Assembly: GCF_006345805.1 (NCBI RefSeq) | Contig: NC_042998.1 | Location: 81,654,001-81,718,000, forward strand | From: Octopus sinensis | Lineage: Eukaryota | Direction of reading: 5' to 3' | Length of the DNA stretch: 64,000 nucleotides | Shown here: positions 1 to 12,400 of the stretch, piece by piece | Layout of the letters: every line of letters begins with the position of its first letter | How positions within the stretch are numbered: the stretch's first letter is position 1 | Notes under the pieces: model-generated | Databases searched by the model: none | Seen by the model: the letters and a program-made list of their open reading frames with translations, nothing else | Told to the model about the DNA's origin: nothing | Translations under genes and position numbers: made by a program

Positions 1-1130
1 CTCACCAGTTTTTAAAATAAGGAGTGGCTCCTTTTTCTGAGAAAACCATACAACATGTTGATATCAAGGAAGCCTTTCAACTTGGCTAAGTCAGTTTATC
101 CTTAGCACTATCAATTGCCATGTGCTACTCGTGATTTTAACAAACACAAATGGGCAACAATTAATCCTTTTCTTTCATGTCAACATAATTTTAATTGTTA
201 GTCCAACGAATCGAACTGATCACCATTTTAATTTTTCTTATTTGCATTTAGTTACTTGAGTTTCCAGGGCTGATCTCAAGAATAAATAATCCTAAGTTAA
301 TTGATTCCCCGTCATCTTCGAACAATCAATGAGAAAAAAAAAACGACTTCAGTAATATGAAAATGACTGATTATATTTTTTAGGGCATTATGATCGTTGA
401 AGATTCTCTTTCCTTATTTAAACATTTTGATTTTACTCTTGTTATCATCAACACACAAAAGAGCACATTTAGAACTGATTTTTAGCTGAACTGAAGCTTC
501 AAAAAATATTATCTGCTGCTAATGTTAACTATACACATGAGTTAGAAGATGAAGGAAAGTGAAATATATATTTCTGATGAAAGGAAAAAATTGCATTCTG
601 GTTCACTTACACTTCACCTCATGCTTTTAACACTCATTTCTTTTCCAAACAAAATCTTGGTTTAAACAAAATTTCCAAAGGAATATCATGAATTTGGACT
701 CTATTTTCAATCTGTGACCAACGATGCGCATGCCAATTGTAAAATGGCATTTTCAGCAAATTATCAAGGAAAATATTCACGGTGAAATAAAAGACAATTA
801 TTGATTTTTTACATCATCAGGAACTCTCATATTTATCACAGAGGCCAACTGGAGTATTGTGACTAATCTGAATCCGAGTGCAAAAATTTGCTGCAGTTGA
901 GAATCGTTATCCATCGGTTATTAGATCACATGGCGCAATTGATGTTGATTTCGATCTCAATAGCAGCAGTAATCTTTTACTTAAATTGTTATAAAAACTT
1001 TATACTTTCTTTACTGAAATGATAATATAGTTGGAGTCTAAGCTTTTGTTAAATGTATGATCATTAATACGTTCTCTTCATATGAAATATTAAATGTTCC
1101 AATAAGTGAAGATGAACGCCAATTTAATAT

Positions 1131-1238
1131 CTATCTCTCTGTCTGTCTGTCTTCTGTCTGTATGTCTGTTTGTCTGTCTCTGTCTCTGTATCTCTCTCGA
1201 TCAGTCTCTCTATATATAAATACATATATACACACACG

Positions 1239-1287
<49 letters not shown>

Positions 1288-1349
1288 CTATATATATATA
1301 TATATATATACATACATACATACACACACACACATATATATATATATGT

Positions 1350-1421
<72 letters not shown>
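1131..1421. repeat. Compound microsatellite (CTGT/CT, CATA, TA)
   Basis: Directly visible; it accounts for ORF-track entries 1057-1437, 1124-1333, 1131-1331 and 1170-1376. Confidence 0.95.
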
Positions 1422-1424
<3 letters not shown>

Positions 1425-1528
1425 AATATTATTTTAATAATAATGGAGGGTAAAATCCAAAATGATTTTACCAAGTAGCCAGTGTGGACATAAAAAAGCA
1501 TTTAGGTAAATTTTACAAATTATTTTAG

Positions 1529-2011
1529 AATTACATACATAATTATAATAGGGGGTCAGCTTAATTCGTCATCACGCATTGCTAGAAATAGACGTTAGTC
1601 TTTTTTACTAGCTTAGAATCTCCGAGAATAACACACTTATTGTAATAAAAATAATGAATCGAACTTGGTTGGCTAACCATGGACGCGTTTCCACCTTATA
1701 TTAAAAGTAATTTTACTTACAGTTACTCTTCAGCGCGGTATCCCTTATGAGTATAAGTTCGCGAACTTATGCTCATAAGTAATACCGTACTGAAGAGTTA
1801 CAGTAAAATTATTTTTGATTTAAGTTCTAAACGCGTCCAAGTTCTAAACGCGAACCAAGTTCGACTCATTATTTTCATTTTACTTGCCTACAATAAGTGT
1901 GTTATTCTCGGAGATTCTAAGCTAGTAAAAAGAAAAGACTTTAACGTCCATTTCTAGCAGTAGTTGGTGAGGTATTAAGCTGACCCCCTTGTTATAATTA
2001 TGTATGTAATT
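1529..2011. repeat. ~480 bp diverged foldback palindrome (inverted PLE pLTR-like pair)
   Basis: Centre ATAAGTTCGCGAACTTAT (1753-1770). Outer ends AATTACATACATAATTATAAtAGGGGGTCAGCTTAAT and ATTAAGCTGACCCCCTTgTTATAATTATGTATGTAATT. Arms carry many substitutions and a 14-bp duplication in the right arm. Confidence 0.9.
1676..1739 (-). ncRNA. Type I minimal hammerhead ribozyme motif
   Basis: Minus strand reads accgcg-CTGAAGA-(stem II region)-GAAAC-GC-GTC^catggt, with palindromic ACGCGT stem III typical of PLE-associated hammerheads. The mirror copy at 1784-1840 (+) has GAAAC changed to TAAAC. Confidence 0.6.
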
Positions 2012-2267
2012 GAGAGAGAGAGAGAGAGAGAACAGACAGAGAGAGATATATAGATATATAGATAGGTAGATGAAATTGAAAATGCACTGGGATTTATTTT
2101 AGAATTATTTAAATTTTAAGTTTTCACAGATTTCTCTGATTTTCAGACATTGAGATAGAAGGACATGGAACTATGTTGCAAGTGCCTTGTGCCTGATCTG
2201 ATCCCAAAAATTCTCTTTTTATAGACGGATCAGGTTAGAATCTGTTTGGATACTATTTGATTGGCAG

Positions 2268-2611
2268 AGGATGATCACATGATTAGTTTTAGGAATGTTT
2301 GTAAATTTCCCCGCTACGTCCGTTCATTAATGGTTATATGTTTAGTGCCGTACGTTAAAACATCCACGGTTGAGTGAACGTGTCTAGTAATAGTCACAAA
2401 CAATCAAGTCTACCTTAATTTTAACTGTCAAGTGTGGTTAAGGATGATCACGTGATTTGACTTAGAAATATTTATAGGTTCACCGCTACATCTGTGCGTT
2501 AATATCATATGACTTACCCCACCCTCAAAAAATTTAGGCTAACACGGTTGATTGATCGTATCTAGTGAGAGTTCAAACAAGCAAGGCTCTCTAAATTTAA
2601 TCTGTCAAGTG
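2268..2611 (+). repeat. Old tandem duplication, two ~170 bp units (2268-2434, 2441-2611)
   Basis: Shared collinear anchors AGGATGATCAC, CCGCTAC, CACGGTTGA, TCTAGT, CAAACAA and CTGTCAAGTG. Confidence 0.75.
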
Positions 2612-4729
2612 ATAGAATAGACAGGAGCTGTTTCTGTGTTGCCCAGGGTTTCTATCTATGTAGGGATAAGATTTGTTCTCTATTAAATTTGTGAGTTAGT
2701 GTCATAAGGGTAAAATGGTGACTGTTTCATGATCAGTTGTATAAATTCAACGTCTAAAGTGGCAGAATTTTAAAGTTTATTTTGTCTTGTGAAATATTTT
2801 GTGTGAAATATTTTGTCTTGCTCCACACCTCTTGATTGTTTGTGTGGGGTTTTGGTTTGGTGTGAGATCTAGTCTTTTTCATTTCGCAAAATGTGCATTT
2901 TATTAACATGAAGTAAAAAATCTGAAGATTGCCTATAATATTGTAGTCTTCTAGTCTCATTGCTATGAGCGTATGATGTGGAGAAAAGAAATTGGAGGAA
3001 AAAATTACAGAGGTTTAAAAATCGGTGAAATCCTGTATTTTTTAGGCAATTGTGAGCCAGAAATTTTCTACTTTTAGCAGAGCGGTGTCAACTTTAAGGT
3101 TGTACCCTGTGAAATGTATATTTTAGCGTCTTTTACATGACCTGTTCATTGTAGGTTTCTAAATAAACAGAAATACCTAATAAAATCAGCATGTATAATC
3201 TTACTCTTTCTTTTGCCTCTCCATTGATTGTGTGTTTTATAAATTCTTAAAATTTGTGATACTAATATATTTATCTTGCATTATGTTAATGTTATTAAAA
3301 TATGTTATGTCCTGTAAGCTTAACTCTAAACGCATTGTTTGCGGAGAAAGTGATCTGAAAGGAGGAGAGTATCTCATCTCGTTCCTTAGCAGATAAGCTG
3401 AAGATATTAAGATAGATGCGGGCAACATTTCTCTCGAACTGTTGTGATTCGGAAGTGCCTGAGTGACAGTGGCACGTAATCTCGCACATTCGAGGAGCAG
3501 AGTACACAGTAGATATTGTAGAAAAGACAGCGAAAGACACTGCTATGTACAGCAGGGTTTGTTAGTGACCTTTATTTGTAACGTGATCTAGAATGTATGA
3601 AATGTATCAGTCCTATTTGGGTTAACAGACATTGTAGTACCATTAAAGAATTCTAGTCTTACCAGTTATTGAACATATCAATAACGTTTTTATCTTGCTT
3701 GTCAGCATAATCAAACATATCTTCAACATATGTGTTTATTTTAACGGCTGCTTTGCGAATTTTTGCTCAGTATACAGGATATATTTACCTTATCAGTTTC
3801 TCCTCATTAAAATTATAGACAGACAATATGTGGTCCGTTATTTAAATTATGTAAAGTAAAGCAGTAATGTTTATAAAGAAGTACAATACGAAAAACAGAA
3901 TAGAATGACTGAGAAGGAATTATGCGATATAAACATTTTCAGTGACATATCCTGCTATTTTAAATTGGTTAAGGTGTCATGATAATGATAATGTATATGA
4001 TTTAATGTAAAGAATTCATTTAAAAATAATTGTGACATTATATTTAGCTTTTATGGCTGATATCTGACATGTCAAGAATGACAATATATCTCTGGAAAGA
4101 TAAAGTAATTTGAAACGTTTTACGTATGAAAATAACAATTAACTACTTATCGCTACTATTTGCGAAAGCTAATTATTACTTAATATATTATTTTTTACAA
4201 ACACACATGCCAGTAAATTATGTATGTCCATAAAAACGTATATAAAAAACCAAGAAAACACTAACATATAGCCACACTTTATGAATGAACACTTAAAACA
4301 TTTTTATGTGTATCAGATGTTCTTTCATCAATAAAGTGTATTAACAATAGTGAATTCGTATGATTTCACTTAGAGATTGTCCCGTCATCTTTCAATAACG
4401 AAACTTCCTGATATTTTTGGCTTGAATTCAATAAAAGTATAGAAGTATGGCTTCAAATTACACGTTTCTGGTATGTTATAATGATTTGCGATAATGGGTT
4501 GTCTAATTTACGTACATAACAGCTTTTAGGGTCATTAATTACTTCATTGTATTTTGAAGTGTTTTTATCTCTCACGGAAGATCTACAGTTTTATCATTTG
4601 ACGAGTATGACATAAGAATTTTTCATAATAGTAACGTTATGAATTAAAGGTTCTAGCAAGCCCATAACTGAATCATTGCATTTTCGAAGGCGATAGACTT
4701 CGACTAAGGTCGGTTAGGAGCCCTAAGAC

Positions 4730-4980
4730 TTATAAGGCCGAATGCTAACCTGATTTCTACGGCGTATATGTAAATGGCATTACTACACTTCCCTCCTGAA
4801 CGGTACGCCAGTCTGTCGTAGGGTTAATTTCCCCACTTGCTGGAAATAATTTAAAGCTAAGTAAATTCGAGGAAGTGTTTTGCTCAAAAACACAATGCAT
4901 TGGTATCGAAACCATGACCTGGCTTCGAATTGGAACCAAAGCAATGAGTACAACAAACTCATCATTAGGCCATGCGCCTT
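4730..4980 (-). mobile_element. Degenerate tRNA-derived SINE (family B, OK-like)
   Basis: Reverse complement begins aaggcgcatggcctaatgatgag; diverged B-box; internal segments resemble the better copy at 48466-48855. Confidence 0.5.
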
Positions 4981-5120
4981 TACGAATGTGACCGAAAAAA
5001 ATTATTGCTCGGAGCGATTAGCTCGGACGGAGTAAATGAAGCTAAAGTATTTGTCACTAAGAGATGTTTGTAGATTTGCTTGTGAATATCGGATTGTGAA
5101 TACACACTGTTTTTCTCTTC

Positions 5121-5232
5121 TCTTCTTCTTCTTCTTCTTCTTCTTCTTCTTCTTCTTCTTCTTCTTCTTCTTCTTCTTCTTCTTCTTCTTCTTCTTCTTC
5201 TTCTTCTTCTTCTTCTTCTTCTTCTTCTTCTT
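5121..5232. repeat. (CTT)n microsatellite, about 37 units
   Basis: Pure triplet run; explains the poly-K/E/R/F ORFs at 4980-5269. Confidence 0.98.
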
Positions 5233-5477
5233 GAGGCACACATACACAGATATGCGTACGTGCTTTTAAAAACTAACTCACAATACCGAAATGAAATATA
5301 CCTGGTACAACTGATATGTCAAATGAACAGCTACAGATTTTATCGCTAAGCAATTAATTATGCATTTTCGCTCTTGAACGCCCTTCCAAAACTCTTGAAC
5401 TCCTGATTTCGGCTGACTTCATTTATGTATGTATGTATGTATGTATGATTGCATATATATACACTCACACAAACACA

Positions 5478-5528
<51 letters not shown>

Positions 5529-5658
5529 GCGCACATATATATATAGAAGAAGGTAAGAAGAAATATAAGCGAAAGTGCACATTGGAAATAAAAAAAGTAA
5601 AGGCTTTTTTATGCAACGTAACAATAGATATATACAAATAGATGGACTGAGGTTCAAA

Positions 5659-8470
5659 CGCATACCGGTTTCGTGAATTTACTAACCATTGCTTTAAATA
5701 CACACCGATTAATGAACGGTGTCAGGTCTATTAGTCCATGAGTAAAACGATTATGTGTAAGGGAGGTAAGTAGTTCTGGATTTGGTGCAATTAGGATAGA
5801 TATAGATATGTAATGTAAATGGTGTATGGGATGTATGGGGGTTAGTGGTGTTAATTGAAAAGTTAGTGCTGTTCTGTATTATATGTGTTCATATTGAGTT
5901 GTGGAAAATATTTATTGATGAATTTGCCTCTTTATTCATTCTTTGTTGTACTGAGGTGTTCTGTGTACATTGATAGAAGGGGAAAATTAGGAAATTAGGA
6001 TTAAGATTCCTAACCTGTATCCGTCTGTATTGTGGGTGGCGGATTTGTTCTTTGTGGAGAGTCGTTCTTCGACGGAGTGATATTCCTCTTTGGCCAATGT
6101 AATTATTACCACAACCTAAGCATGAAATGGCATAGAAAAGATTTTCCGAGGCACAGGTGAAAATTGATTTGATCTTAAATATTTCACCTTGTTTCAAGTA
6201 GAATTCTGAAACCTCCAAAAGGTGGGGGAATGTACCACAGTTAAGTCGACCACATTTTTTTCACTTTTGGTTCTGTTGTTAATGGATATAGTCTTGCGCT
6301 TGTTAATATTTTTTCAATGATTTAGGTTGCATTTTGCTCTTATTAATTTTGTGTGAGCCTAAAATTTTGTTCCTTGTTTTATCTCCTGTGAGGATGGAAA
6401 GATGTTTTAAGGCTTCGTTGTTTCTAGGTTTATGTGTGGAGATGTATGGGAATATTTAAAAGTCTGGTTTAGTATTTCGGTTGATTTCCCTAAATGTTCG
6501 TATATCTATTTCTATAGATCATTTAATGCCACCATATATTAATGATATTGGGTAATGTCTTTGATTAGTATTGATCTGAATGCAAGGAGTCTTCGTTCAT
6601 GAGTATAGATGGTACAAATTCTTATCGCTAGATTATAAGGTATATTAATTTATATGTTTGGGGTGGCATGAGTTGAATAGTAGGTATTGTTTAGAATCTG
6701 TGGGTTTTCGAGAAGATGTCTGTTTCGATGTGGTTATTGACTATTTTAATTAGGATGTCAAGAAAAGGGAGTTGTTTACTGCTGTGCTCCATGGTGAATT
6801 GTTTGTTGCTATTAATATTCTTAAGCATTATTTTGAAATCGAGGAATTTGTCCATGCTGTCTTTCCAAAGTATAAAGCAATTGTCCAAATACCTCTTCCA
6901 GTTCTCCTTTAAATAGCAATGAAATGAGGTGCCATATTTTTGTAGTGATGATTGATATTAAGCTCTAGGCAACCCATTATAAGGTTCGCAATCACTGGAG
7001 CAGCTCCGGTTCTTATTGCAATTCCACATTTTTGTCGATAGTAAAGTGTATCGAACATGAAATAGTTGTTCAGTAGGAGGAATTTAAGTGCTTCGATTAG
7101 GAAGCTGTTGTTAATGCGACCTGGGATCTCTTCTGGGCGTTTTCCTAGCCAGAAGTTGATCGCTTCTATACCATAATCGTGTGGGATATTGGTGTACAAA
7201 TTCACCACATCAAATGATACTATGATACTAACAGGGCTCCTTCATTTATTGTCTTCGGGAGGTGGTTCAGCATGTCTAAGTCATTGCTGATGAAGCTTTT
7301 CACATATTTTAGAAACGTTTTGAGTAAGATGTCGAGGAAGTTGATCAAACGGTGGGTTTCACAAGCAGAGCCAGCAATGATGGGTCTCAGTTTGAGGTAA
7401 GTAGGGGGAGGAAAATTAATGCACACGCTTGGAGAAACTTTGCAAACTTTATAAATATGTAAATGTTTGTGTATTTTAGGTAATCTGTAGAATAGACTAG
7501 GCCTGTATCTTAAATTGGATAAATAGTATATTTCATGTTAGTGAGGCCCTTTCCATCTATTTGAGGTAAGTAGGATAAGTTTTTAAGTGCCTTCTGTGGG
7601 TTGTATTGTACTATCTTCTCATAGTAAATATTATTTTCCAACATGGAGAGTATTAGATTTTTGTAGTACTCTGTGTTCATCACCACTACTTTTGTCGGTT
7701 TCTTTAATGGTGAAGTTTATATCATTTTTAACTCGATTAGGTCTTTCGATTCATTTACATTAAGTTTGGATTTAATTAGTTATTTTCGTAGGGTATTAAA
7801 AGGGAAACTGGTAATGAGTTCACAAAAAAGCATCAAGTGTTTTGTTTATGCCTTTTGTAGGACAGTATTCACTTTTGTTTTTTACTATTGACCTATCTTC
7901 GCTGCTGTAGTTGTGAAGTACTTTTGTAAGGCGTAATTTTCGGTAGAAATCCATAGTGTTATCCTTAATTTCATTCGGGTTCGATCTGCGAGGGGTTGGA
8001 GTAAACTTTAAACATCTTGCTAGAATTTAAGCTCCATTCGCGAAACTGTCAATATCTTATGTCTTTGTGCCAAGTACTTCATTTTTTACCCGGTCTACTC
8101 AGTTGAAAATCATTACAATCGACTGATGGCTATGTGACCTTCTCTCCAGTGGTCACTTTCCCGATGTTCTGCCGGATAGAGGATGAAAGCATCAATGTGT
8201 TCCCGAGTATCCTCAAGATTGCATAAGTACCATAAATAATTAGCGAAAGCGTGGTAGAAGTGCCCAAATGATATTCTCTTGCGAGTGACGTCTTAACTTG
8301 ATTGAACTGTAGGTGTAGACGTATTCACAAGAATTTCTTTAATTTTCGCTGCGCAGAGACAAATATATTTATTGACTTACGAATAAGATTGTTTAATGTC
8401 ATACTGCATTGCTAACGGTTCTTATATGTCCTTTACGTCGAATACCACTCCCGTTGCTTTGTCTGTTTCT
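5659..8470 (-). mobile_element. Decayed near full-length Penelope-like retroelement (RT + GIY-YIG endonuclease)
   Basis: Minus-strand fragments in PLE order: ILARCLKFTPTP...FYRKLRL (~8040-7930); VVVMNTEYY (~7690); KLRPIIAGSACETHRL (7220-7426); VNLYTNIPHD...YYRQKCGIA...APVIANL (6909-7208); DNCFILW...QLPFLDILI...ETDIF (6691-6888); FTCASENLFYAISCLGCGNNYIGQ...LHKEQI (5889-6218, GIY-YIG). The 3' end carries a hammerhead 3' half, GAAACCGGTA (5659-5678). Many stops and frameshifts. Confidence 0.9.
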
Positions 8471-9249
8471 TTTTACGGATCAATAAAATATGATATAAAA
8501 CTGAAATGGAGTCTACTTAGTTCTTTGAAAATGTAACTGATCAGTATAGAAGTTAATATTTTGCTGTCACAAGAACGATATTTGTACCAAACAAATAAAA
8601 TATGATTTCGGAAAAAGAAAATATTAGTCATGGGTTATTTATTCCTAGTAAGCTTTTCAAATACTGTTATCAAGTTACCTATTAATTTGCATGCAGCTAG
8701 TGCCAGTGAAATCTTTTAATTGCTAGAGAATCATAATAATTTCCTATGCCCAGCATGTTTCCTACTGCTTCCACACCGAAAATTATGTGAATGCTATTTC
8801 AGCAAATATAGTACAGTGGTGAAAGGATTACTTTTTACGTGGTCAGAATAAGAATGAAACATTTCTGTGGTTGTCTCCCGTACTTGCAAGAAAATTTTAA
8901 ATGTTTTACTCGTTGACCGATATTACGTCTCCCCCGCCGAATATTTATTCTGGATTATGTTTATTGCATTATATTTAATCATCAATTTACAAACTCTCCT
9001 GAAAAACCGAGATAAAATCCATCTCAAGATGTTTATAAGAGTAACAGGCAGGATCATAGCCCTAATCTGCGTCTACGTTCAAAATTCACATCTGTTAAAT
9101 GTGCAATCCTAACTCTATGTTGGTCCCACCTACCAAACATTTTTTGTACTGAAATATACTTTGTTACCTATATATACCGAGTTCGGTTTTTCAATGACTT
9201 TAGAATATAGTTGTTTCAAATGTAAGAACAATACGAGCAATTCTGAGAG

Positions 9250-9428
9250 TAGGGTGATGTTACTTGATTGAATTCAGCTCAGTAATTACTCGGTACTGCA
9301 GTTTCTATGCTGCGAATGGATGAATGGTACAGTTGACCCCTGTAGGATTTGAACATAGAAAGTATAAAACTGAAACATGCTCCACGGCAATGTCTCGAAG
9401 GTCAAACGATTCTACCAATTCCCCGCAT
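9250..9428 (-). mobile_element. Degenerate SINE (family A)
   Basis: Reverse complement has ...ggggaattggtagaatcgtt (A-box-like) and gttcaaatcc (B-box-like), collinear with the 15321 copy. Confidence 0.5.
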
Positions 9429-12400
9429 TATGTGCTTAGAATATACGAGTATCATTAGAAGAAAAGTAAGATTTTGAATTTATAAATACTTCATCGAAAG
9501 TAGAGTTGCCAAGTATATATAAAAAAAAAAATAAGAAGAAATCAAGAAAATCATAACAAAATGAAATCGATGCATAAAATTCTTTAGTAAATATTCAACA
9601 AAATCATTTTCATTCCAGCATCATCAAAAAGCCATTTACTTTCCATAATCTATAGAGTCTCTCCGCCTAGTCAAAACTGTCAGCTCTCATAATACTTCTT
9701 CTAATTCTTATAGTCGCGTATACGAAGTTGTTCTGCAACTTGTTTTAAATAAAAGCGCGCAAATTTTACCAATAAATGCTGTTATCTTGCATAGTTATAA
9801 ACCGCCTTCGCAAATTTGAAAATATAGAAAAATATATCACGATAACTCAGCAGAGTGTATTGGAAAACATAGACAAACAAATAACATTTTATTACAAAGA
9901 TCAAAACACTTCTACACGGGCTCCATTGGTTGCACGCAACCTGCTGAATTAGCCATTTTTTTTCAGAATTTTTCAAATTGTAAAGCTAAGTCTATTAATG
10001 GTTTATTGCTACGATGGATAGTAATTATATTAAAAGTTACTTCTGTTAATGAATTATAGGTAGGCACGTATTTCATTAATAGTCATTAGCATATATTGTG
10101 TGCTATAACCATGGTACTTTTTAAAATATATTTATTCCGATATTAATGTCGATGACGTTGTTGGAGGGGAAGGTTTCTAGATGACATTACCCAGGAAGTG
10201 AAGTGATATGACCTTGCCCCAGAATTGAAACTACCATATAAGGTCGTCATGTTAGGAGCTCGTCTATTATTCTATTTCACTCATCCCGGCTCCTTTAATG
10301 TCGATTTCTTCAGACGTAACACAAATGGTTTGGTAAAAATAGGAATATTCTCGTGCAAATGCTTCCCTGGCTCAGTAAGCTCAAACGGTTTGACTTGATC
10401 TCGAATTCTACTGGTTTAAAACTGAATCTTTCCCGTCGTGAATCTTGTCATGCTTCTCGTCACACTGTTGTTACATGGTCATTGTTTTTGCCAAGCAATA
10501 GTTTGTATGGAGAACTAAAGTCGAGTACATTAAACGAACTGAATATATAGATAATTATTTTATCGATTTGTGAAAGTTGCATAATAATGTAATCTAGACT
10601 TCAATTTAGAATGTTCAAGTACTCTTTTAAGCGTTTCATATATCACTTTCTCACTTAAGTTGTACGTAATAGATATTATTTCTCTCTATCTCTCTACAAA
10701 ACATTGGCATTGACGAGAAAATATTCTACTAATTTATCGCGAACTTAGCAAGCAGGAGATTTCAATTGTTCATACGTATGATCAACAACTACACGAACGA
10801 AACAAATAGATTTCCTTTGCTCTGAAAAATAGAGAAGCAAAAACACATATAATGGTATTGAATTCATGAAACCTGAATAAATAAACAAATGACTTTGGGT
10901 GATATTATTGCTGGAGCTGTTATTAATAGTATACAAATCAACCACCTTAAAATGCATTACAACATTTCAAAATATAAACGCGATACTCGAAGATATAGTC
11001 CTAGACGCTATGTCTGAAACAAATACGAGATGTTGAAGGCTGAGATTACATTTGGTAATGAGTCAGTCTGATCAGGACTTATCAGGGCTTACAGAAACAA
11101 TAACTTCATCAACAACACAATACAAGGTATACTATCAACAAATACCAAGTTTCGTTTAAATGATTGAAATTAGCTTCAGCTTTTCTGAATTAAAATGATG
11201 TTGAAATCATTGTCACTTGCTAGGTCATATTTAAATTGACACAAGTTTTGAGATGGCCGGCAAATAATTTCCCAAACTTAAGTAAACTGCGGATATGTAA
11301 AATTCATTGCAGCTCACTTTATATGCCCGTCAAAGTTGCATTGAACTCAACACATACCAACTTCAATTGCCATTCCTGTTAGCAGCTAACATGAACTCAA
11401 CAATTAACGTAAAAGAACTAAATATCGTACTGAGCATATTTGTTGAGTAATTATCTCCATACATTTCCTCACCCTTAATTATAACTAATGCTTTCATTGT
11501 ACTACAGCCACTGACAATACTGTTTAATATCGATTGAAAATAGAAATTTGTAAGCTTCTTTTCAAAGTCATTAATAGCATATTCAAAATAAGCCAGTATC
11601 TCTCGAGAACCGAATCCTCTTTCATCGCCGACACAGAACACTTTTGGATTACTCTGTGCTCACAAATTATTGAGGCATTTTAAAAGTTGGTTTCGTTTCA
11701 TGAGAAATACCTCAATTTAATTTATGCCTCTTAGGATCACGTTTGCCATGCATATGTAACTAGATCATTTCTACTGAGAATTGAAACTGCACCGTGTACT
11801 CGATTTAGACCGATATTAAATTAAATGGCACGACACATCAAACGAATTAATTAGTCATATTTTTAGGCAAAATTTCTCTCATTAACTCTGATTTCCTATT
11901 TTACATTAATATTTGTTTAGATATAAGTGTGAAATAATGTGTTGATTTATTTCCATTTTGCTTTCAGCTTTTCATTCTCCTATACGCGTCTATTATTCTG
12001 ATAAATTCTTAATGAAACAACATTATCTGAATTACTTCTGATACATAATATACCAATAAATCTGTCATGTGATCAATATTTTATAAATTGCAATTTTTTT
12101 TTTTGTGCCGTGAAGAGAGGTCACTTCTGAGATTTTCAGTAGAAATCATTTTCGAAAATATCAGAACGAGACTCGGGACTAGAAGGCTGTAAAAATGTCT
12201 TCTCATTTTTGTTGTTGATTTAGGGATGAAACACTCTATGAAACTTAATACCTATAATTTACGCTGTTATACGTAAACACACTCTTTTTTTATGAATTGT
12301 ATTTATTAGTTTGTTTTTCTTTTGATGCTCACTAATTTTCTCGTGTTCTATATAATTATACATTTTACAGTCAATAAATCCAACAAAGAGGGAGAATATC

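Noticed and set aside
11363-11641. 92-aa minus ORF
   Set aside because: Non-ATG start, no motif or convincing splice context; the length is expected by chance.
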